From Candidatus Coprovivens sp. (GTDB taxonomy: Bacteria; Bacillota_I; Bacilli_A; RF39; UBA660): DNA of 64,000 nt. Of this stretch, positions 57,067 through 64,000 are shown one piece after another. Numbering within the stretch: position 1 is the stretch's first letter; each line of letters begins with the position of its first letter. The stretch lies in contig JBJEXV010000029.1 in assembly GCA_051886175.1 (NCBI GenBank), forward strand, positions 27,029-91,028, given 5' to 3'. Made by a program: the position numbers and the translations under genes. The notes under the pieces are model-generated. The model had not been told where the DNA came from. It searched no databases and was given only the letters and a program-made list of their open reading frames with translations.

Positions 57067-59052
57067 TTATTGCCTTAGTTTTGATTGAATTTTTTGTAAT
57101 ATTGAATTGAAGTCAAAACCAAGTTTGTTAAGTACTTGATCTTTTTGACCACTTGTACCAAATGTATCTATTCCGATTGCACATCCACGAGAAGCGATGC
57201 GGTACCAACCTAAAGTTGAACCTGCTTCAATAGTAAATACTTTAGCAGTTGGTGGAATTAATGCATCTTGAACTTCTTGTGGTTGTTCTAAGAATAATTC
57301 CATTGATGGCATTGAGATTAATCTAATGTCATATCCTGCCTTTCTTAGTTCTTCACTAACTAGGTATGCAGTTGTAAAATCGATACCAGTACTTACTATT
57401 ACAGCGTCTATACGTGCTGTTTCTTTTTTTACTATGTATGCTCCATTTTTTACGCCAGCACCGCTTGTACCAGCAAGAATGTGAGCTTCACTTCTTGATA
57501 GAACTAAGGCAGTTGGTCTTTTTGATGAGATTATATAATCCCAACAACCAATTACTTCATTAATATCTGCAGGTCTTAGAACTACTAGATTAGGTGTTGA
57601 ACGAAGCATTGTAAGTTGTTCTATTGGTTGGTGTGTTGGTCCGTCTTCACCAATATATACTGAGTCATGAGTGAATATATATGTAACCGGTAAGTTCATT
57701 AATGCACTCATTCTTATTGATGGTTTTAAGTAATCTGCAAATGCTAAGAATGTAGAACCGAATGTTCTAAATCCACTTAGGGAGAAACCATTTAATATAG
57801 CTCCCATAGCGTGTTCTCTTAAGCCGAATGCAATATTACGACCTAGTGGTACTCTTTTACTCATTGTAACTTCTTTATATAAGTTTGTATTACATGATGT
57901 AGCTAAGTCTGCTGAACCTCCTAGGAAGTATTCACTTCTTTCACTAATGATGTTCATCATTTTTGAATTTGATTCTCTTAGTTCTTCTAAGTAATCGTTT
58001 TGGATTTTAAAGTTATTACAGTTGAATGTTAAACCATCTTCTTTTGTTTCTAGGAACGTCATTATTTTAGCGACGTCTTCATCAGTAGTTGCCATATTTT
58101 TCATTTCTTGATAAATTGTATTCCATTCTTTGTAATAATCATTTAATCTATGAGAAATACTTTTACGCATGTAGTTAACAGCATTTTCGGTAATTTCTAA
58201 TGTATTTGTATGAATGTTTAATGTTTTTCTTAAGTTAGCAATGTCTTCTTTTGTAAGAGGTTTACCATGGATAATACTTTTTCCTTCATGTTGGCTTCCT
58301 CTACCAATAACTGTTTTTACTTCGATTAATGTTGGTTTTTTATTATATTTAGCTCTTTCTATTGCTTTATCTATTTCACGTACGTCATTGCCTTCTGGCA
58401 CATAGTCAACTTCCCAACCCATTGTAAGTAATTTTTTGATTGTATCTTCAGTATGTGTGTCAGATAATGCACCATCTACTGTTGTACCGTTTGAATCGTA
58501 TAGAACAATTAAGTTTGATAAACCCATTGTTCCTGCAATAGAAGCTGCTTCGTTGAAGATTCCTTCCATGATATCTCCATCCGATACTAAACAATATACA
58601 TAATAATCTATTAGTTTTTGTTTAGGAACTTTTTCGTGTAATTGAGCACTTAGATATCTTTCAGCCATTGCCATACCTACTGCTGTTGCGAATCCTTGAC
58701 CTAATGGTCCTGTTGAAACATCTACTCCAGGAGTTTTACCTAGTTCTGGGTGTCCAGGTGTTTTAGAACCAAGCTTTCTAAATTCTACTAAGTCATCAAT
58801 TGATACATCATATCCAGCCATAAATAATGTTGCATATAAAAGTGCTGATCCATGACCCGCTGATAAAACGAATCTATCTCTATTTATCCAATTAGGATTT
58901 TGAGGATTGATACGTAAATGATTTGCATATAATGAATATATTATTGGTGCGGCACCAAGACATATTCCTGGATGCCCGCTTTTAGCATAAGAAATCATAT
59001 CAATACTTAGTATTCTTAAACTGTTTAATGAATGAGTTAAATCTGGATTCAT
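57067..59052 (-). CDS. tkt: transketolase
   Basis: GHPG, the SAGHGS..LYA ThDP motif and GEDGPTHQPIE. I moved the start to the ATG 7 nt after GGAGAG. Confidence 0.95.
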   Translation of the reverse strand: MNPDLTHSLNSLRILSIDMISYAKSGHPGICLGAAPIIYSLYANHLRINPQNPNWINRDRFVLSAGHGSALLYATLFMAGYDVSIDDLVEFRKLGSKTPGHPELGKTPGVDVSTGPLGQGFATAVGMAMAERYLSAQLHEKVPKQKLIDYYVYCLVSDGDIMEGIFNEAASIAGTMGLSNLIVLYDSNGTTVDGALSDTHTEDTIKKLLTMGWEVDYVPEGNDVREIDKAIERAKYNKKPTLIEVKTVIGRGSQHEGKSIIHGKPLTKEDIANLRKTLNIHTNTLEITENAVNYMRKSISHRLNDYYKEWNTIYQEMKNMATTDEDVAKIMTFLETKEDGLTFNCNNFKIQNDYLEELRESNSKMMNIISERSEYFLGGSADLATSCNTNLYKEVTMSKRVPLGRNIAFGLREHAMGAILNGFSLSGFRTFGSTFLAFADYLKPSIRMSALMNLPVTYIFTHDSVYIGEDGPTHQPIEQLTMLRSTPNLVVLRPADINEVIGCWDYIISSKRPTALVLSRSEAHILAGTSGAGVKNGAYIVKKETARIDAVIVSTGIDFTTAYLVSEELRKAGYDIRLISMPSMELFLEQPQEVQDALIPPTAKVFTIEAGSTLGWYRIASRGCAIGIDTFGTSGQKDQVLNKLGFDFNSILQKIQSKLRQ

Positions 59053-59125
59053 AATCACACTCTCCTACTATATAATTATATCAATTTTTCATAATTAGTA
59101 AATGAAAAAAAGTCCGATTGGACTT

Positions 59126-60262
59126 TTATTTTTTTAAATTATCTTTAATAATTTTGTATAATTCTTCCATAGCTTTATCGCTGTTATTTTTTGACATGTT
59201 TTTCTTCATCTTAGCTATGATACTTGGATCATCTGATATTGCTTTCATATATTTAGCAAATGTAAATGCCGCTCTAAATCTTCTTCCATAACCATTTTTT
59301 ACAAAGTATTTGTAGTTAGCTATTTCTTGGCCACCACTACAATTAATCATAATAATTGGTTTTTTAAAGTATAAACTTTCAGTTGATTGAGCTCCACCTG
59401 GTTTTGAAACAACGAAATCACAAATTTGCATTAACTCTGGAACATTATTTACAAAACCAAATGTTTTAACATTTTTAGCATTATATTGTTTTACCCATTT
59501 ATCTACTTTATCTTTAGATGATTGGTTTTTACCAGCAACATATATAAAGTCGATATCTAGTTTGGCTTTTATTACACGACGAATGTATGGAAGTGATAAT
59601 GTTCCACCATTTGTTCCTCCACCAAAGAATAAACATATTGGTCTTTTTCCACTAAATCCATATTTCTTAGTAGCTTTTTCTACATCAAAGTCGTTATTAG
59701 TTACAGGGTGGATTGGAATCCCTAATGCATGGATTTTCTTTTTATCAACACCTTTTTTAACTAAATATTTAACTTCATCTTTGTCAGCAACAATAATAGC
59801 TTGTTCTCTTTTATATCCTTTTAACCATAAAGCATGTGCTTCATAATCTGTTACTACTGTAATAAGTTTTGTTTTTATTATTCCTTTACGATTATAGTAA
59901 TCGATTAAACTACTTCCAAAGAAATGTGTAGATATAGTTAAATCAGGATTAAAGTCAGTAATTACTTTACGCATTCTTTTGTTCTTAAATAAAGTCATAG
60001 CTGTAGCAGCTCCTACTTCACTACTTAAGTTATTATCGAATAAATTATATACAAATGACCAACCTGATGGGAATTTTAATAATAGAAAATCTGTTATTTT
60101 TTGACTTAATCTACCTAATACAGGAGTTGAATATGCCAATAAATCTATAGCTAAAATTTCTAACTCTGGATCTTGTTGTCTTAAATAATTTTCAATGTAT
60201 TTAGCAACAGCTCTATGTCCACTACCGTACATTGCATAAGTTAGTAAAATTCTTTTTTTCAT
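59126..60262 (-). CDS. GT28 diacylglycerol glycosyltransferase (UgtP/MGDG synthase-like)
   Basis: N-terminal YGSGHRAVA and C-terminal VSKPGGAQSTES motifs. Overall colinear with my recollection of B. subtilis UgtP. Confidence 0.8.
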   Translation of the reverse strand: MKKRILLTYAMYGSGHRAVAKYIENYLRQQDPELEILAIDLLAYSTPVLGRLSQKITDFLLLKFPSGWSFVYNLFDNNLSSEVGAATAMTLFKNKRMRKVITDFNPDLTISTHFFGSSLIDYYNRKGIIKTKLITVVTDYEAHALWLKGYKREQAIIVADKDEVKYLVKKGVDKKKIHALGIPIHPVTNNDFDVEKATKKYGFSGKRPICLFFGGGTNGGTLSLPYIRRVIKAKLDIDFIYVAGKNQSSKDKVDKWVKQYNAKNVKTFGFVNNVPELMQICDFVVSKPGGAQSTESLYFKKPIIMINCSGGQEIANYKYFVKNGYGRRFRAAFTFAKYMKAISDDPSIIAKMKKNMSKNNSDKAMEELYKIIKDNLKK

Positions 60263-60337
60263 ATAACAACCTCTTTAGATAATTATACATTATTATTTTG
60301 TTTTTTAAAACAATAAAAATATTAGTTTTGATTGTAA

Positions 60338-60472
60338 TTAGCGATTTAAAGATATACCATTACTTGTGTTACCAGTATTTCCTACACGTGCATTTAGAGC
60401 GATTACTCCAAATACAATTATTGAATAAAACAGTAATATCCCTGCCAAGTTCACCAAATATTCTTTTTTCAT
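60338..60472 (-). CDS. 44-aa single-TM peptide divergent from lexA (candidate SOS cell-division inhibitor)
   Basis: MKKEYLVNLAGILLFYSIIVFGVIALNARVGNTGNTSNGISLNR. The start follows AGAGGAAAG, and the promoter spacer holds a LexA box. Confidence 0.5.
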   Translation of the reverse strand: MKKEYLVNLAGILLFYSIIVFGVIALNARVGNTGNTSNGISLNR

Positions 60473-60499
60473 TTTAACCACTTTCCTCTTACCGATATT

Positions 60500-60528
60500 A
60501 ATATAACACGTACGTTCGTTCGTGTCAA
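60500..60528 (-). promoter_or_regulatory. TTGACA-17-TATATT promoter with embedded LexA (Cheo) box
   Basis: The minus sense reads TTGACA CGAACGAACGTACGTGT TATATT. The box CGAACGAACGTACG (60509-60522) has one mismatch to CGAAC-N4-GTTCG. Confidence 0.65.
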
Positions 60529-60548
60529 CATAAAATAAAAACATTTGT

Positions 60549-60577
60549 TTGACTTTTTGTAAACTGCATGATATTAT
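60549..60577 (+). promoter_or_regulatory. lexA promoter
   Basis: TTGACT, a 17-nt spacer, then TATTAT. GGAGG RBS before the ATG at 60595. Confidence 0.5.
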
Positions 60578-60594
60578 TTTTATGGAGGTAAGAT

Positions 60595-61212
60595 ATGGAA
60601 AAGATTACTAAAAGACAAGAAGATGTTCTTAATTATATTAAGAAGTATGTTGTAAAACATGGTTTTCCACCCTCAACTCGTGAAATTGGTGCAGCATTAG
60701 GTTTATCATCACCTGCTACTGTACATACGCATTTAAAGAAGTTAGAAGACGCTGGTTGTATTAGAAAAACTAATTCAAAATTTAGAACAATCGAGATAAT
60801 TGGCGATAATGAATATGCAGAAAAAGATGAAGAATTGGTTAAAGTTCCCCTACTTGGTAAAATTACTTGTGGGAATCCTATTGAAGCGATTGAAACACCA
60901 GATGAATGGTTTACAATACCTGCAAATTTAATTCCTGGAAAAGAAGTTGTATTTACATTAAAAGCTAGTGGAGATTCAATGATTAATAAAGGAATATATG
61001 ATGGAGATATAGTTATAGTTCAAAAACAAAAAGTTGCTCGTAATGGCGAAATTGTTGTTGCTATGACTGATGAAGGTGAAGTTACATTAAAGACTTTCTA
61101 TAAAGAAAAAGATCATATTAGACTTCAACCTGAAAATGATACTATGGATCCAATAATTTTAAAAAATTGTTCTATTTTAGGTAAAGCTATTGGTTTATAT
61201 CGTAGTTTATAA
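60595..61212 (+). CDS. lexA: LexA repressor
   Basis: Winged-helix N-terminus (FPPSTREIGAALGLSSPATVHTHL). The S24 peptidase core has the Ser in GDSM and the Lys in the VTLK region. Confidence 0.95.
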   Translation: MEKITKRQEDVLNYIKKYVVKHGFPPSTREIGAALGLSSPATVHTHLKKLEDAGCIRKTNSKFRTIEIIGDNEYAEKDEELVKVPLLGKITCGNPIEAIETPDEWFTIPANLIPGKEVVFTLKASGDSMINKGIYDGDIVIVQKQKVARNGEIVVAMTDEGEVTLKTFYKEKDHIRLQPENDTMDPIILKNCSILGKAIGLYRSL

Positions 61213-61237
61213 GACTCAAGGAGACTTGAGTTTTTTA
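61213..61237 (+). terminator. lexA terminator
   Basis: Stem ACTCAAG / CTTGAGT with a 4-nt loop and a T-run. Confidence 0.6.
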
Positions 61238-61240
61238 TTG

Positions 61241-61267
61241 CAAAAAAAAGATAGCTAAAAGCTATCT
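61241..61267 (-). terminator. terminator of the rhomboid gene
   Basis: Stem AGATAGC / GCTATCT with a T-run in minus sense. It overlaps the stop codon. Confidence 0.55.
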
Positions 61268-62425
61268 AAAGAATACTAAGTAACATAGGAATCCTACTGT
61301 TATTAGTAAGCATATTATACCGTTTACTCTTTCAGTAGTAGAAGATTTCTTTTCTACTCCCACAGCCATCATTGATAGTATACCACCTACTAAGCCACCA
61401 ATATGAGCCCAGTTATCTATACCACTATTTGGTGAGAATCCAATAAGTAAGTTAAGTACTATTATTGGAATTATTTGTTGTTTAATCGCAGCACCTAAGT
61501 ATGTACGATAATGGTAACCAAAGTATAGCATTGCTCCTAATATACCGAAGATTGCTCCTGATGCTCCTACTGACGTAGATGTTGGATCTAAAGCAATTGA
61601 TAGTAAGCCACCTACTATACCACTGATGAAGTATACTAATATGAATTTAACTTTTCCTACAAACGTTTCCATTTGGCTGCCTAATACAAATAGTGAATAC
61701 ATATTTACTATTATATGCATTAGTGAACCATGTAAGAACATATGAGTTATTAAACGCCAGATTTCACCACCTACTACTAAATCATAATTATTAGCTCCTA
61801 GTTTTTGAGCTACTGTTGAGTAAACACCAGTTAATGCTGTGAAACCTTGAGTGAAACAAGTAATGATAAACATTATTATACAAATTGCTATTAAGAATGG
61901 TGTAACCATAATCTTTTTAGGTTTGAATGTTTTTTCAAATACTTTATTGTTCTCTTCTGTCTTTTTATTTATATCTTTTGTTACGTTTATAATGAAATCT
62001 ATTCCATTTTCATCTTTAATTAATTTTTCGTTAATTAATGGGAATGCTTCAAGTATTTTAGCGTCAGTTATTTCTGTTACTTCTTCAGGTATTGATGCTT
62101 GTGATATATTCTTTTCATCTTCTAATTTTAGTTCTTCATTTACATTTAATTGAATATTTAATGTATTTACACTAAAAGAGAATGTTTTCTTTTTTATTTG
62201 TTTTACAATACTATTTATTTTGAATGTATCAAAGTTTAATTGTTCTTTATTAAAGATATTATTAGAATTAATTCTTATTATTTTATATGGCCCTTTGCTA
62301 TTTTCTAACCATATTTCATCTTTAACACCGTTTACAATAATAGGACTGTAATCTTCTTCTGTAATAAAATAGTGAACTAAACGCATTATTAATTCATCTT
62401 TTTTATTCATCATCATTGTACTCAT
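61262..62425 (-). CDS. rhomboid family intramembrane serine protease
   Basis: Catalytic GASGAIFG and a downstream HIGGL, six TM helices, and a cytoplasmic N-terminal domain. Confidence 0.85.
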   Translation of the reverse strand: MSTMMMNKKDELIMRLVHYFITEEDYSPIIVNGVKDEIWLENSKGPYKIIRINSNNIFNKEQLNFDTFKINSIVKQIKKKTFSFSVNTLNIQLNVNEELKLEDEKNISQASIPEEVTEITDAKILEAFPLINEKLIKDENGIDFIINVTKDINKKTEENNKVFEKTFKPKKIMVTPFLIAICIIMFIITCFTQGFTALTGVYSTVAQKLGANNYDLVVGGEIWRLITHMFLHGSLMHIIVNMYSLFVLGSQMETFVGKVKFILVYFISGIVGGLLSIALDPTSTSVGASGAIFGILGAMLYFGYHYRTYLGAAIKQQIIPIIVLNLLIGFSPNSGIDNWAHIGGLVGGILSMMAVGVEKKSSTTERVNGIICLLITVGFLCYLVFFR

Positions 62426-62483
62426 GTAATTCCTCCTAAATCATCATAATTAATTAATAAATGAATAGTATTAATTAGGTGAT

Positions 62484-62822
62484 ATGATGATTAATATTTT
62501 AGTATTTATTTATGTAATTGTTTTGTCTTTATTATCTTTTTTATTTATTAGATTAATTATTAGTAATAAGATGAAAAATGATTTATGTTTCTTTGTTATT
62601 ACTAATTTTATTTTGTCTTTTTCTTTTTTGGTATTCTTTTTTTATTATAAAGATATAGTATTAAGCTTTGTTAATATATTATTTTTATTATTTAATACAA
62701 TATTTTTAAATTATGAAATTAAGAATACTTATGATAAATATAAATTATTATCTATACCCTATTTAATTTATATAATTTGTATATTTTTTATAATGTTTGA
62801 TCTTTTTCTAATGAATTTATAA
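62484..62822 (+). CDS. hypothetical small membrane protein
   Basis: 112-aa hydrophobic ORF whose end overlaps the rluD 3' end. Weak. Confidence 0.35.
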   Translation: MMINILVFIYVIVLSLLSFLFIRLIISNKMKNDLCFFVITNFILSFSFLVFFFYYKDIVLSFVNILFLLFNTIFLNYEIKNTYDKYKLLSIPYLIYIICIFFIMFDLFLMNL

Positions 62823-63687
62823 ATTCTTGCATTTCAGTTGGCATTGGACATTCAAATGACATATGTTCTTTTGTTATTGGATGATCAAATTCCATTTTGT
62901 ATGAATGTAAGAATTGTCCAAATTCAGTAGTCTTTTTATTTGTATAAACTGGGTCGTTATATACTGGATATCCAATGTATTTCATGTGTACTCTGATTTG
63001 ATGTGTACGACCTGTTTCTAATTTCAAACTCACTAATGTATGTTCGCGATATCTTTTAATAACCTTTAAATGTGTAACAGCTTCTTTAGAGTTATCTGCT
63101 GTTACAGTCATTTTTTTACGGTCTTTAGGATCACGACCTATTGGTGCATCGATAGTAGCTGTTTCATGAGGGAATACTCCAGTAATTAATGCTAGGTATT
63201 CTCTTTTTACTTCTTTGTTTTTAAAATACTCAGTTAGTATTTGATGTGCTTCATTTGTTTTAGCTACCATTAGAAGACCTGATGTATCTTTATCTATTCT
63301 ATGAACGATACCTGGTCTTTCTTCACCATTAACATCACTTAAGCTATTTGTATAGTACATTAAACCATTTACTAATGTATTGTCGTAGTTACCTGAACCA
63401 GGATGAACTACTAAACCACTTGGTTTATTTACAATAATAATATGTTCGTCTTCATATACTATATTTATATCCATTTTAGTTGGAGTGATATCTACTTCTT
63501 CTTTAAAGCCATCTAATATTTCGATTGAATCATTTTCTCTTACTTTGTATGATGCTTTTTCTACTTTACCATTAACTTTAATATATTCAGCATCAATCAT
63601 TTTACTAATCATTACTCTTGAGTAATCTGTATTAGCAGCAAGATATTTATCCAGTCTTTCGTTTGCTTCGTTTACTATTATTTTCAT
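62788..63687 (-). CDS. rluD: RluA-family 23S rRNA pseudouridine synthase (RluD-like)
   Basis: S4 domain followed by the HRIDKDTSGLL catalytic Asp motif. Confidence 0.9.
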   Translation of the reverse strand: MKIIVNEANERLDKYLAANTDYSRVMISKMIDAEYIKVNGKVEKASYKVRENDSIEILDGFKEEVDITPTKMDINIVYEDEHIIIVNKPSGLVVHPGSGNYDNTLVNGLMYYTNSLSDVNGEERPGIVHRIDKDTSGLLMVAKTNEAHQILTEYFKNKEVKREYLALITGVFPHETATIDAPIGRDPKDRKKMTVTADNSKEAVTHLKVIKRYREHTLVSLKLETGRTHQIRVHMKYIGYPVYNDPVYTNKKTTEFGQFLHSYKMEFDHPITKEHMSFECPMPTEMQEFINSLEKDQTL

Positions 63688-64000
63688 TTACATCTTCCCC
63701 CTTTAATATTGCTATTATAAGTAAGATTACACCAATGACAATACCGATATCTGCGATATTGAATACAGGGAAATCATACCCAAATATTATAAAGTCTAAG
63801 AAATCTCTTACATAACCTAAAAAAAGTCTGTCACAAAGGTTTCCGGCTAAACCTCCAAGTACTAATCCGAATGCTATATTATTTCTAGTATTTTCTTTGA
63901 AACCATAAATGAATTTATATATTACTATAAAAGATATTATAGTTCCAATAGTTATTAGTATTTTTTGGTTACTGAATATCCCCCATGCAGCACCAGCATT
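63647..64000 (-). CDS. lspA: lipoprotein signal peptidase II, 5' end outside the window
   Basis: My translation gives NAGAAWGIFS...GGLAGNLCDR...DFPVFNIADIGIVIG. The stop at 63647-63649 overlaps the rluD start. Confidence 0.85.
   Translation of the reverse strand, partial: NAGAAWGIFSNQKILITIGTIISFIVIYKFIYGFKENTRNNIAFGLVLGGLAGNLCDRLFLGYVRDFLDFIIFGYDFPVFNIADIGIVIGVILLIIAILKGEDVNENNSKRSKRKTG

Noticed and set aside
60538-60551. A second possible LexA box, AAAACATTTGTTTG, overlapping the lexA -35.
   Set aside because: It has three mismatches in the ten specified positions of CGAAC-N4-GTTCG, so it is too weak to call from sequence alone.
1-64000. Search for rRNA, tRNA, CRISPR arrays, prophage structural genes, IS transposases and retron/RT genes.
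   Set aside because: I found no GC-rich cloverleaf-like stretches, no regularly spaced direct repeats, and no DDE transposase or reverse transcriptase motifs. The only recombinase is the serine recombinase at 5496-7229.

Overview
Visibly AT-rich Firmicutes-type chromosomal segment. Nearly all genes are on the minus strand, and gene order resembles Bacillus (ddl-murF, mraZ-rsmH-ftsL-pbpB, nfo-yqfT, parE-parC, yneF-sirA-like-tkt, lexA). Cell-envelope genes dominate: an S11 carboxypeptidase, mraY, three class B PBPs, alr, ddl, murF, a UgtP-like glycosyltransferase and lspA. Housekeeping genes include map, pyk, efp, rpmG, tkt, trkAH and htrA. I found no rRNA, tRNA or CRISPR. The main finding is a SpoVD-type PBP gene (2396-3436 plus 7623-8522) split by a 4222-bp element. 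The split falls exactly in the Lys codon of the catalytic S-T-F-K motif. The element carries a large serine recombinase and an oxidative-stress cargo: desulfoferrodoxin, an SDR, a nonsense-mutated flavin-reductase/rubredoxin fusion and an ArsC/Spx-family protein. Both junctions can be read directly. Joining the flanks restores an in-frame 634-aa PBP (GSTFKIITLSAALEE). Joining the element ends gives an imperfect palindrome around a central AA, as expected for a serine-recombinase attP. This looks like a skin-like intervening element in spoVD, although the recombinase has no canonical start codon upstream of its catalytic serine. Other points worth a second look: three GTGG repeats at 10-bp phasing between the mraZ promoter and start codon; a divergent MraZ-like paralog next to htrA; a near-consensus LexA box filling the spacer of a TTGACA/TATATT promoter for a 44-aa membrane peptide divergent from lexA; a SirA-like gene; Ddl with a Gly/Lys-rich omega-loop insertion; MurF with a membrane N-terminus; and several gene remnants.
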